Positions 37,534 through 50,516 of a stretch of 64,000 bases of DNA are shown in pieces. The notes under the pieces are model-generated. The model was not told the origin of the DNA. It was given only the letters and a program-made list of their open reading frames with translations, and did no database searches. Position numbers and translations under genes: made by a program. The stretch is from Dicyema japonicum (Eukaryota; Animalia; Dicyemida): assembly GCA_011109175.1 (NCBI GenBank), contig RDEW01000018.1, positions 493,304 through 557,303 of the forward strand, written 5' to 3'. Each line of letters starts with the position of its first letter. Within the stretch, counting starts at the first letter, position 1.

Positions 37534-37614
37534 TAAAAAAATTTAAATGATTAATATAAATCATTGATTTTTTTGTTGATTTTTTTTAATTTAAGCACAA
37601 ATTTATTCTTTTAT

Positions 37615-37830
37615 TTAAAACTGCCATCTATCCAAAGTGGACCCCGCCGACATTATCGACGTTGCGTTGCCTTTCACAATTGCAACAGAGATCAACTGGA
37701 CTAGCCACCGGGTTTCACGTGCCTCGTGGCTTTTTAGTGTAGCTAAACTTCCAAGTTTCTTTAGGAAGCGAAGCGATTTTCCACCTATTCCTCCAGTTGT
37801 CTCGACCACTATCCACTATCGAATAAAATC
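37615..37830 (-). mobile_element. CRE-like RLE C-terminal fragment
   Basis: VETTGGIG.KSLRFLKKLG...WLVQLISVAIVKGNATSI. Confidence 0.75.
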
Positions 37831-37994
37831 AAATGATTTAAATCTAACAACCCTGAACAGAATTCTTTCAAGTGGTAATAAATAACCGTACACGAGTAAA
37901 TGTGATCAATTCTAGCCTAGATTTTAAAATTTATAGGATTGATGAGATGACTTCTCACTTAGTCTTGACAACCATGTATAAACAAAATCAAAAA

Positions 37995-38066
37995 AGGCTC
38001 CAGTGAGGATCGAACCCACGACCTTCTGTTTACGAGACAGACGCTCTACCACTGAGCTATGAAGCC
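37995..38066 (-). tRNA. trnT-CGT: tRNA-Thr, anticodon CGT
   Basis: Reverse complement GGCTTCA TA GCTCAGTGGTAGAGC G TCTGT CT CGT AA ACAGA AGGTC GTGGG TTCGATC CTCAC TGGAGCC T folds as a cloverleaf; a T-run Pol III terminator follows. Confidence 0.97.
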
Positions 38067-38119
38067 ATCTATGCGTCTAAATTCTCAAGAAAGTAACATA
38101 TTTACTCTTATAAGCAACA

Positions 38120-39100
38120 ACATAGAATCATGTTAGTATAATTCCATTCGTGCCGCGTTTGTATGATCCCGATAGTAGCTTCTTCCACCCTTTCCTATTC
38201 GATGCTAGACTCGGCAAACTACTGAGGTCTCCACAATCCCGTATTCCACTTCTTATTGGTCTCATATCTCCATTTTGTACTTCGGAAGCGTTATACGCCG
38301 ACGACCTATGAACTTTTTCCCAGATGTTGCAATGAATTCCTCCATGATGTCTCCATTCTAAGAATTTGATCAAACAGATTCCACTGAATCTTCATGATCA
38401 GGGTTCTCAGGGGTCCAAATGAGCATTTTGCATAATGCTTCACTCCTTACAGGTATTGGCCAATTTAGTCCCAAGATTGACCAAACGGACGGTGTCGAAA
38501 GCTCTGGTGAGATTAATTTAATAATAGTCCTTGAACTTTGGAATCTTTGATGAATAGCACAATGCCACCTATGGTTGTTGATCTCCCAGTTTTGAACCCA
38601 CTTTGGCTTTGAGCCAAGTACTTGTCCACTGGTTATTGGATCCATTAAGTACTATCAGGGCAAGAATCTTTCGCAGGGTATTTAGACGAGTAAGATTATT
38701 CCATAGGCTGGGGGTTAATGTTTGCATTTTCTATCTGTCCAATGCGTAAGACTGTTTACGTAAAAAAACTTGGCGACCTTTCCTGCCGATAGAGAACCGG
38801 AGAGAGGGTGAGGCAAAAGGTGGTAAACGAACTTATCGCGAATGACTTGTATAACTGGAATCTGAGTGAATAACCTCACTAAACAACTCTGTTCTCGTGG
38901 AAGGGTTGGACATACCTAGTTTGTGGGGCCATTTGTTTTGATGGTTTCTACCCTCCATCAACCTTACACTGACAGCTGCTCACCCACTATTGAGCTCAAC
39001 GAGGTCCACAACTAATAAAAGAAATACGTGACCCTTGGAGGACAATATATCTTCATGTTCGTCATAGCCTCAAACCTTCTGACAGCTGAGAAGAGGGATG
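38120..39100 (-). mobile_element. Decayed RTE-like LINE 3' region
   Basis: LIWTPENP and LPSLASNRKGWKKL resemble the RTE C-terminus; the upstream limit is uncertain. Confidence 0.5.
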
Positions 39101-39941
39101 GCCGATTGTGCGGATCTCCACAAATCGTAATAAAAAATTGTTGTCACTCATGAGAGCCAAAAGAGCAATAATAATAAAATAACTAATTCCTTGATCCCGA
39201 CTCGTTCTAACGGAACCTTCAACCAAGAACAGTGTTCCAGATGACGTTGATCGGGGAGCTGAGGTTGGTTCTAGAACTCGTCACCAAGGAACGAAATTGT
39301 CTCCTGGTGGAAAGAATAGTTGGATTTTTTTAAATGCCGGCCAGGCATTGGGCGTCTCCTGTGTAAGGTGGATCCAATGACGCCATCAGAGGGAAGAAAT
39401 TTTTCAACCAATAGTCACATAGCACCACACGACTTTATCAATAAAAAACTTGTTGTATCAATATATTAATAAAAGAACAGGGTCACATCCATCATAAGGC
39501 GGTAAAGTTTTGTGGAGCCGTCATTATCTCTACCTTTAATCAATTGACTGTCTACATAATTGGCATCTACCATTGGAAATATGCATCTTTATCTGAGAAG
39601 AGTTGTCCATCAACTCCTTCTCGCCACATAATAATCATTCTCCACAAGTTACCCCAACCTCACTAACATGCAGGAGGTCCGTACGCTTCCACAAGTCTCT
39701 TAGAATCATGTATATGAGCACACCAAAATAGTTAAATAACCCCCGCGGCAAATGCCCGTCACCTCCAGAGAATGTCAACTTTGGAGTGGTAGACGAACAG
39801 TGTACAAGTTCAGTACATTCAAAAAAATGACTTTCTGCAAATCATCCAATTTACATGTGAGTAGAGAGGAGAAAGTCTACTCGCAGACCAAGGTTTTCTC
39901 GAATATCGAGTTCTTTTCGAAGTAATAAATTAAAAATAATA

Positions 39942-40719
39942 TTATTGAAAATGAGAAGAGTTCTTTTCGAAGTAATCAATGAACCACTCAATATGTTCCT
40001 CTTTTTCAGCCAAAGACAGATGAGGATTGTGGGAGAGGGCATTTGTTAACAGAGAAATGAAATTCTTAGTCTCTGTCTTTTCTACTCTGCCAGCAAACCG
40101 TCTTCCAATAAAGATGTGATCTTTGAAATCACCGTCCTCTTCAACCATGTGCTCGTTGTCGATCGGAAATGGTCTCATCTTCCCCACGTGGATCAAATCC
40201 ATAATTTCATCCCAGTAATTGAAAAGACTTACCAGATGCGACTTATAGAGACTATTCTGATACAGTTTGTCCCAGTACTCCACAAGATGGTCGTTGTTCT
40301 CAAATTCTCCATCCTGGAATTTCGAAATGGCAGAAAGATTATAATTAGTCAACGAAGTGTCAGAGTTTTGATTAGATCCCTGAGACCACATATCACCTTT
40401 ATTAAATTTGGGGTTTCTTGAACGCTGAGACTGATCTTTGTACGATTTAGATTCAACTGTCGCTTTTGGATAAAAATAACCCCCTACCTGATCTGAAGTT
40501 TGATTTCTGGTTATTTGGGGTAAATTTATTATTGGATATAATTTTTCTATTATGAGTACCGAATTGACCAGATTTTGGATTATAACCTTCATTGAACATT
40601 ACCTTCCCGTCACCTTTTCCGGGTATTTTATTTATTGGATATCCATCTTACATTTACAGATCTCCTCATTGACCCTATGATTCAATTATTCTATTACCAA
40701 GAAATGTGTAAGTAAACAT
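39942..40719 (-). CDS. MRPS31: Mitochondrial ribosomal protein S31 (mS31)
   Basis: GKMRPFPIDNE...DFKDHIFI...LSHNPHLSLAEKEEHIEWFIDYF matches MRPS31 GKLWEFPINNE...EFHEHIFL...[23 protein letters not shown]. The 5' model (ATG 40719, 23- and 25-nt introns, one A-run indel) is less certain. Confidence 0.85.
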
Positions 40720-42138
40720 GTCAACAACTAGAATTATTTTTTTTATTTTTGTTTTAAAAATTGAAATATTATTAATTTTAAAACAAACTTAAATTAATGA
40801 AAAAATCACTTAGTAATTCATCCGAGATAAGAATGATTTCGGAAAAATTTGTAGGCCACCCTTTTTGAAGGTCGTAGAAGGGTTGGGAATGTGGAACGGT
40901 TTTTTTCTATGCAGAACTTGCACTGAGCACCACCACAACAACAGCATGACGCCACGATAAATTTTTATTTGGATCACTGGCGGAGCTTTAGAGAAGAATT
41001 CGAGAGATGTTGGAGGCTGGGATCACCTATTAGTGAGTTAATTCTTTTTTGGTGGTCTTGAGATTTTAAAATAAAATAAAAATAGTAATGATTTCGAGAT
41101 CCAAGAAGACCCGTTTTGGGGAGCGGTTCAAGATGTCCGTATCTGCCGATTTCAACCTTCCCTTGTCGTTCTGTTTCCCCCTTAGTTAGACGGGAGGTTC
41201 TTTCTCTTTCATCCCAGTGGTCCTGAAGCAATAATAATCACTAAGCCATTAAACTAAGTTTTTATTGAGATAACCCTCCTTTAACTCAACGGGAGTTTTT
41301 TGCATTTATTTATTTACAATCTAGAACACGACTATTGGGTAATCTCGGCTACTCACAGCAAACACATCATTTTCGTTTCTCATCCCTGGATCCTACGCAC
41401 TTTTTGTAGGGTCGCTCTGGTGTCAGCAAAAACTTGAGATGATTCGCGGACCCGTTCACCTCACTATGGTCTCGAATGGAAATAAAGTCTACCAAAAAGG
41501 ATAAAAAGAATCCCAATTACCAAAGACAGAACGCTTGTATTTTAGCCTTTTCTCTAGTAGTCTTGCTTCTGTAAATGATTTCTGAGTTCAATTATTTCCC
41601 CCTTTATGGTATTGAAGTTTAGTTTTTATGTAAAAAAGTCATTTGGATGGTCCGCGGTTTGGTTTGATGTCACAAGAGATTATCAATATGGTCGTCACCA
41701 GGTTGGATGAGTACGGTCAGGAGTAGCGTTGGATTAGGGAGAGATATTGATTCTTTTTGGGAATGCATTAGCTGCATCCTGAGAACCCCCATAACTTTTT
41801 GTACTGATCTTCAGTATCCTCTCTTGACTACATACAAGCACATACTTGACGGAGAACTACCCATAAAACCGTCACCCCGCACCGTTTATCCGTATTAGTG
41901 ACTCAAGAGATGTCGATACTGGCCCTTTCTTTTGGAACTCCATCGTTCAATCACATGATGTCACGTTAAATAAATCTTGGCAGAGTTGATTTTTTATTGA
42001 TATGAAAAAAATTGATTTTATTATAAAATTTATTATTATATAATATAATGAAGGTAATAATTACGTTTTGTATTACATAATAAATAATATAAGTAGCCAA
42101 CATTAGTAGAGTCGTAATAGACTTTATTGTGTCTTTGA

Positions 42139-43463
42139 ATGTCTTTCAGGAGAAATAATAAGACACAGACTGGATTTGAAGAAAAAGAAAACTTACCTTT
42201 CTATGCACTGAATGAGTGGAATAAGGGAATATTTATCTCATCAAAGTCTATGCCAACATTCGAAGCAGTTCCTGAATTGAATGCCGAACAAATGAGTTTT
42301 GAAAATTCAGAATACCAATCAAACAATGTAATTCACAGCAACCGACACGGCAGACTAAAATTAATAGAAAATGCTGAATTAAACTTGAATAGGCTTTGTG
42401 AGTCATTTGTATGATTAAATAAAATTTTTAGGAGAGAAATGTTTATTTAACCAGAAAAATTAGCCAAAATGTTGACATGAGCGTTGATGTCTTGGCCCAG
42501 ATACACAAAACGTCTGCGGGTAAATACGGTTGAATATGGATTAGATCATTCAAATCCGAGTTTCTGCTGGTCGGGGATTTTTCCTGAATGTCAAATCGAC
42601 TTGGAATCGTCATTGCTCTCCCAAAAAGTATTCGTCGGAGGGTTGCCTTCGAGGATCGACGATGGTGGTGAATTTTGCTAAATTTAGAGTCCCTAAAAGC
42701 AGTCTTTAACACTTTTGGGCAAATTAACATTTATTGGCCGAAAAGAAAGAGCAATTATAAAGGTTTCAGCAATTTTAATTTCAGTTCCTGGTGGCTACGT
42801 GTACATCATTTTCGCCAAGCAAAATTCGCTGAAGAATTTATTGTCAATTTGCAAGAAGGACAACAATAATAATAATTTTTACTTCCAATTTGCGTACAAA
42901 TTCAACGAGTCTGAGCTAAACGCTGAGGTGGGGAATTTTGGTCAGAAATAGGTTCAAATTATTCCATGGCTGCAAACTGACTTGTTTTACAAAAAGGATT
43001 TTGTGAAGGAAACACCGTTTTTGAAATCAGTGTTTGTCGGGGCACTCCATGGGACGATAACTGCGAAAAGGCTGTACCAAATAATGGACGATTTGTTTGG
43101 GTTTGTCGTTTCTGCTGAGATCGACAGTGACAGACACGCCTACCCCATTGGTTTGAGAGGTCTCTGTAACTTTAGGATCCGGAAAAGTGACATTTTCCAA
43201 CAAATCCTGCTATTTAAAGGCCATAAAGGCTGAATTTGTGGAAGTTAGATGCGATAAGTTTACTAAGAAGGTTTTTTGTTTGTATGAGAGAGTAGATTCA
43301 AATTGATCCCTATTTGGAGGAGACCCATTGTCAGAACTGTATTATTGAAACTGGGATCTATTTTTGCCGCAACTTGAACTGCTTAACGTATTACTGTGAA
43401 AAATGCTGGAATATAATTCATAAGAAGGTGACTGACAAGCATCTCCCAGTCACTAGATTTTAA
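42139..43463 (+). CDS. CPEB1: Cytoplasmic polyadenylation element-binding protein (CPEB1/Orb type)
   Basis: Seven introns of 22-25 nt give one continuous frame: [54 protein letters not shown] and a C-terminal ZZ finger; TAA at 43461-43463. Confidence 0.95.
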
Positions 43464-44269
43464 ATATTTCTTTGGTCTTACTGTTTTTGTCAATTTATTT
43501 ATTGCTTTGTTAAGGGGGTACTTTGGTTGATATCTTGATGAGGTCGTGAAAAGGCTTTTGGTGGTATGACTGGTGACCGTATACATGTATAGGTTCATGT
43601 CTGCTTCCAATCACTTGGTGTAGTCTGGGAGTCAGTTTACCGATGAAATGGTGATTGATGTGAGTAAAGAGGAATTGGAGGAAAAGTGCAGGTTAACGAC
43701 TCTCCCTTTTGGCTCACAATATCTCGAGAAAACTATCAACTTATTTTGAATAGAAATTTTTAGATAAATCGTTGAAAACTATTGATGGGAATATTTCCAT
43801 TAATATGCACATGAAATGTAGGGAGAGGGTGAAAATAAGACTCCTCATCACCAACTTGTAGTGCTTATTAAGTGGAATCGTCAAATGCCAACTGCAAAAA
43901 GAAGAGGAAATATTTCACATTATCCAGTTTATAGAGAAAAATAGTGACCAACATGCAACGAACCAGGTTTATCCGGATGTCCCTCAGAAGATTCCGATTA
44001 GTCGATTGTAGGAGAGAGCACAGAAGGGACTGGACTTGTGGATAACCGTGAGCACACCTCAGTCCACGTGTGAATTCAATTTAATAGTCTTTGAACTTCA
44101 GAAGGATTGATTCTTGGAGAGATATGTGGGGTTCTGTTCAATGTTCTCAGCGAAGATTAGAAAGAGTCAATCGATCTTTGAAAGCGGAAGTTTTGTCCCC
44201 GCTCAGTAGTCGAAAAATTTTTATTGGAAATAAACATTTGGAGATTCTTGTTCACAATTAATTTTCTGA

Positions 44270-44580
44270 CAGGGAGACATCGCCCGTCCCTCATGAAACG
44301 TTGGAAAGAGAAACCAGGTTATATATTATTTTTAGGTAAAGATCCGAGTCATCATCAGAGACCCAAGAAGGAAATCCCTTCATAACAGCAGTGGAAGGAT
44401 GTAGGATGTAAGTGGTAGAAACATGTCTATCAATACCATATGGAGCGTTCATACCAAAATCATCGGCACAAGCATCCATATCCCCTTTGAGGCAAATTCA
44501 AGCATAAATATGCCTGATTTCCTTAAGGTATTTTGCGCCTTACTGAAAGTCGCAGAAAAAACAGAATTATAAAAACAACA
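44270..44580 (-). mobile_element. Diverged solo copy of the LINE ORF1 segment at 49625-49920
   Basis: Collinear nucleotide similarity (cccgtc..tcatgaaacgttggaaa...; tttgaggcaaatt..agc.taaatatgcctgatt). Confidence 0.8.
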
Positions 44581-44632
44581 GCCAAAATCAGTTTAATACC
44601 CAATCTCAAGTAATTAAGTTTCCCAGTAAAAT

Positions 44633-45599
44633 TCAGAAGGTGACCCCAGTAGCTACTTCGGCTGCTTCGATTACTTTCTGTTGCATAATTTTATCATAAG
44701 CATATTTTGATTTCTTCCCAAATTTGCAATTATCAAAGTATTCCCCAGAAACTCCTTCCAGACTTGCATCCGCAGTGGCATACAACACAGTCTGGGCTCC
44801 ATTTTCCACCGTCTATTAGTCAATATTTTAACTCACCCCCCCAAAAAATTTCATGAAAATTTTAAAAATAAAACTTAGCGGAAATTTTTCATAAAAATTA
44901 CTATAAATAGTTCCAGGATGCAGCGCATTAAAAGTAAGGCAACTATGCGGAATTTTATCAGCAATGTATTGACAGAAATATAACTGGCACAGTTTACTGT
45001 TGCCGTATGACTTGGTTATATCAAGAGATTTCCCCTTCAACAGCTCCTCGTTTATCCTCCCTGCCAACTGGTGTGTCCATGAACTAACGAAGATGACTCT
45101 ACTCGGTTGACTTTCAATCAATTTATCTGAAATATATTCACGAAATTACTCAATAAAAGTTTAGTGAGGAGAAAAGGAGCAAAGTAGTTAACCTGCATCA
45201 CAGTCTCGAATCCGTCTTTGGTTTCCTCGTAATTAAAGGCTAAAATAATCCGCCAAACAACAGGCAAGCCCAGCGTTGTGTACGAGAGCATACAAATTGC
45301 TCTCCTCCTGGCAAAATTCATAAGAAAATTTCTTGACTGATTCAAAGGAAGCAAGGTCGAGTTCCATAACTTTAATATTTGAATTTCCCGTCTCATCTTC
45401 TATCCTATTGGCTGCCATTTGGGCATTAGCTACGTTTCTGCATGCCAATATCACACGTGATCCTCTGTGGGCTAATCCTTTTGAAATTTCATAGCCAATT
45501 CCTATAATATCACTACTCCTATTACTTACCAGATGCTCCTCCAGTCACTATTATTGTCTTTCCGGACAAGTTTATGCGACTATCGTAGACTTTGGTCAT
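44633..45599 (-). CDS. Short-chain dehydrogenase/reductase, retinol dehydrogenase 11-14-like
   Basis: TGGAS|GIG, VILACRN, LDLAS, NAG, VNY, SYGNSK (YxxxK), ALHPG; short introns including 28, 22 and 23 nt; TGA at 44633-44635. Confidence 0.93.
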
Positions 45600-45759
45600 T
45601 GTTTTCGTATAAAAACAATAAACGCAGTAAAAAATAAAAAAATAACCAAAAAAATTATGAAACCAACAAGCATTTATTAGCTACTTTTAAAATTTTATTA
45701 ATAATTAATTTATAATAATTAATGGCTTAGTTGTTGACAAGGTCTCAATTATGGCCTGC

Positions 45760-45960
45760 CGGCATTGAGCACGTAATGGGAGTTACTTCTCATGATCAGC
45801 TCTGCAAGACGTCCGATGACTCCTATAACATGATAAACTCATACATGGTCGGGCCAATAACTCCAGACGTCTCAACTGAGATCGGGTGGATACAGGGGCG
45901 TGCCAAACCTTTCTGCTGCCCGGGCGAGTGTATGATAATGATGCCCCTTATGACTAAATT
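45760..45960 (-). mobile_element. CRE-like RLE C-terminal fragment
   Basis: HPISVETSGVIGP..YEF...LIMRSNS. Confidence 0.55.
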
Positions 45961-46274
45961 AATCGTGACTAAATAAATTGTGTTGTCATACATGAGAATA
46001 CATAAAAATCGAGTAAGAGTGAAGTCCATAATTATTTAATTTATTAAACGATAAACAAAAAGTCACGTAGCTTCATGTCCTATCGGTCTTTGATGTCAAC
46101 AAAAGTCTGTACCACAGCTTCTTTCAGAATTTCTTTCAACGCTGATCAAAGCTAAACTTGACAGGCAATGATTTGACACGGAAACCTCAAATATGTTTGT
46201 ATATATGAATGTCTCATTTTGATCAATGTGTCTCATTTAGTAAGTAAGTTATTATAAAGAAAAAGCACTGTAAA

Positions 46275-49200
46275 TTAAGTGATGGGGGAAGTAATATGAA
46301 ACGGTAGAGCATGCCAACAGACTTCTACACCGACAGTCTCCCAAAAAAAATCCGTAAACACTGGGTCATCTCTGAAGATATGTGCCAGATACTTTAGTGT
46401 GATTTTTGAAACCTCGAATAAGATTTTCGATAGTTCCGCCAACCTTGCACATTTTTCCTTCCAACCATAGGGGAATTGGCATATGAGGAATATCCCGTAA
46501 GCAAGCTTTAGAGCAAAATTTCGCGTTTTTTCTTGAGGATAGAGTCTATCTTTTTCGAATCGTACCATCCTTCTAAACCGTATAACATTGATGGTAGTAT
46601 CGCAGTGTTAAAGACATAAACAAAAGTCTCCGGCTCGAGCTTTAATTTTCTAACGCAGTAAAGAGCGTTCGTTGCTTTTTTCTTTCGTATTTTAGCATGT
46701 TCCATAAAATTACTTCCCTCGTCAATTAGGAGGCCAAGGTATTTTATAGTCTTCTTTCGAGGTATGTCTCGTAATAAGCTATTTTGGTTAGCCATCCACC
46801 TGCTTCCAGTTATCCTCAGCATACCAGACTTCTCATGTGCCACCGAAAGGAAATTTTCATTGCAACACAATTTAATATGGTCCATGTACTTATTCAATCG
46901 TATCTCAGATACCAAAAGATTTAAAGAAACCTAATAAATTATGACGTCATTAGCGTATATCAAAATTACTGTACGTCGGTTTTCTGTGGAAAGAAATTCA
47001 CTAATTACAATGTTAGATAATAGAGGACTGAGCACAGAACTCTGAGGTACACTTCTTCTCAACCAAATTTTACGAAATTCATAGTTTAAAAAATTAAAGT
47101 CTATCCGAGAGCAAACTTTGTATCCAAAAATAGAGTTTCTTCTCAATACCAAATTTCGCAAGACAAATAGCCACACACTGTCGAAAGCTATGGATGTATA
47201 ATAGCAGACTACGGTCAAACACCCTTTAGTTTTAAAAGCCTTCACAATTGACGCGTTATTACTGTACAAACAATTTCCACAAGACCGATTTTTTTGAAAG
47301 CCCCACTGATGCTCTTTTAGTACATCACTACGTTCTATATTTTCAGAATGTCTGTTGAATACAGTTCTTTCCATAACTCTTGAGATCGTTGGTATAAGGC
47401 TATGGGCGTATAACTGGTTAAGTACCCAGGTTTCCCAGATTTACGTATCATCCTGACCTCCGTCAATTTCCAATGCGAAGGTATGTGACCCAACCTGATA
47501 CTGCAGTATAGAGACATGTCAGATATTCATAGAGTACCTTGGGTGCTTCCTTGAATAAACGAATAGAGATCTTGTCCTTTCCAGGAGCATTGTCTTTAGT
47601 GCATTTTACCGCATTTTCAACTTCTCCAGCATTTATAGGACTGTGACGTAGAGGTAAAGAACTAACTACTTTTTCCAACTTTTTTTAGAGAACTGAGGGC
47701 CAACGAAGACAGTCGCTCATCAGGGTTAACTGTTGTATTTTCGAGAGTTCATCCCCAAACAGGTTAGGAATTTCTTCTAAAGATACAGGAGACCCATCAT
47801 GACATTGCAACAGTGGAATTTTTCTTCTGGATTTACGTCCGGTTACTTTATTATAGACTTTCCAAAAGTTTGGGTTTTTTCGATACAATTCGCTGCACTG
47901 AGCTATCCAAAAATTATTCTTTTTAACTTTTTCTAATTTGCGTATTTCTTGTGATCATGATAATTTCAAGCTCCATGAACATACGGTCGTGCGGATCATA
48001 TAACATCAACGTAGTTTGTTTTTCAAGCATTGTTTCCTTTTCAAAAGGACAATAATATTTTTTGATGTCAATGGAGAATTCTTGTTAACCGAATAGACTT
48101 TATCCGCATATATTTCGAGGTACGATTTAAAAAAAACAATTAGAGTCACTCGAACTCTCAAGATCCAACTTGGAAAACTCCGGATTACAAAAATTCCCAA
48201 AACGTTCCAAATATGTAGCAATCCTATTTCGGTAATGATCTCAGTTTATACTTGTCAGATCATAGCGTACTAGAGTAGGCTTAACCTCTAAAAGAGTTAG
48301 GTTGAGTTTATAAAGGATTGGTAGATGAGCACTACCAATATCACCAAGCGTAGTCGGTCGTTTCAAAAATTGATAATCAAAATCCGAAAGTAACGCCATT
48401 CCCAAATAATCAGTCACTTAGAATAGTGATTCGGAGTCGTGGACATCACAACAGAAAACCCGGAAGACACAGACATATCTTTCAAAACAAGGTCGTCTCT
48501 ATTCGTCCCCAGACAACCAAACGAGGTATCTTTGAGTTTAAGTCCCCAAAAATCGATAACGGTGCTTTTTCATCATGAAAAAAATTCTCGATAAGATAAG
48601 GATACGAAGATTATTTTTTAGAATACATTCTCAATTTTCATCCACATATTTTTAACTCGTACTTTCAGGGAAACAAACTCACACAATTCTTGGGATATGA
48701 TCCTATGGTTACGAACCATTAGATTTATTCTGTAGAACATAGATGTACCCGTTCCTACAACCGAGCCAGACTTCCATTTAATATCAAGAGAACAATATCA
48801 CTCAAGTTGAAAATTATCCTCACTCTTTTACTTCGTTTCATTAACAATTAATATATCAACGGGATTAGTGGATAGCACATGCACAATCTCAGAACGCCTT
48901 CTCTTTAAGGATCGGGCGTTCACTGCAATGAAAGTATGAATAGACTTCATACTTGTAGAACCTCAGCTTCTCCAAAAAAGAGGGCCAACGATTTCCTGAC
49001 GTCAAATCATTATTCGGCACATATATAAACCAACTTGTCAACAGCATTTATCAATTCCAAGTCTGCAACTAGGCTTTCCACCTTATTAAGAGTACCGACA
49101 GTATTCCCTTTGCTCATGTATTTGGTAACAATGTTTGTATTTTAAGAGGTTCGTTTAGTATCCACTGTCGATATTTTCGCCTCTATTTTGGTTGAAAAAT

Positions 49201-50300
49201 CACATTTTATGGGTTGTGTAAATTTTCTTCAAACACTTTCAACAGTCTTAGCTTTAACTCACTTAACGGGCCGAAACACCTTCTTCGTCATGTCATTTGT
49301 TTTTTTTTCTTCGAAGGCAGCCTTTGCTGAAGAAAAACTACCATAACAAACCAAATGATTAACTGTCCTGCAGTTAATGCATTTCCTTTCACTGTCCTTA
49401 GACAAACAAGTTTTCAAAATGTGTTCTCCACACAAATTAAGCACCTTTCCTTTTCCTTGCAGAATTTCGCAATGTGCCCTAATTTTTGACATCGGTAGCA
49501 CCTAGTTACCGGTATTCTGTACCATTCAAAACGAACTCTCTGGAACCCAAACACCATCCCCAGTCTTACAAGCAACGTGGCTTCCGCTCTAGACTTCAAA
49601 GTTAATTTTCCAACAGGAAGACTGCGCCCGTCCTTCATGAAACGTTGGAAAAAAAACCAGGTCGTAGAGTTTCTGTAAAATAAAGATTCAAGTCATCATC
49701 TGAGACCCAGAAGGGATTCCATTCATAACATCAGTGGAAGGATATAGGAAGGAAGTAGTAAAAGCATGTCCATCAATACCAAGTGGGGCTCTTAAGCCAA
49801 AATCATCGACACAAGCGTCCATATCCTCTTTTGAGGCAAATTAAGCCTAAATATGCCTGATTCCTTAATGTAATTCATGCCTTACTGGCAGTCGCTGAGT
49901 TTGATAGGATGTTAAAACGTTATATCAGTCCAAAGCCATGTTTTTAATTTCCAGATTCACTACAAGATAATCATAAGCCAAGTTAGACGAAACAGCTCGT
50001 CCTGATACAACAATAGTTCATCGGTGGGTATTTCAATCCCCTTCTTTGATTTAGATTTCACTGTCGGTTTACCTTCATTTGCCAGTTTTCCTTCTTTGTC
50101 GTTGACGTGTCTCATTTGACCTTTAAATGTCTTATTTTGATCGATTTGTGTTTCATTTTAATCAGAAGTCTCTCATTTTTATAGATGGGACTATTCTCTT
50201 GGTTATGCATTCTGATCTTTAATCTCCTTTTTATCAACCAATTATCTTCAACTTTTATGAAGTCATGCTTAACAAAATCTGAAAGTTTTTGGTCAACCAT
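46275..50300 (-). mobile_element. Decayed two-ORF LINE (gag-like ORF1 with CCHC; APE-RT ORF2)
   Basis: RCYRCQKLGHIAKFC...CLIC; ORF2 start at 48950 (AVNARSL...NETK); APGKDKI, YTPIAL, QWGFQ, AFDSVW, VPQSSVLSPLL, YAND, KYLG, ILPSMLYG, with many frameshifts. Confidence 0.88.
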
Positions 50301-50516
50301 CCATTATTTAGGGTTAACAACCTAATCCGACAAATTTCGGATTGCTCCACGAATCTTCAAGATTTTCTACTAGCGATTCATTGACCTTTCCAAGTTCTAT
50401 GCAAAAAGGTTTTTCGAATAACAATTGGAAGAGTCTGTAATGAAATAAATATTAAGTTTAACAAAATTTTGTTTTTTTAATTTATTTCAGTGTGGTAAAC
50501 CAAAAAACAAAATAAA

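Noticed and set aside
41270-41300. Hairpin plus T-run resembling a Rho-independent terminator
   Set aside because: Eukaryotic context and weak stem; likely chance.
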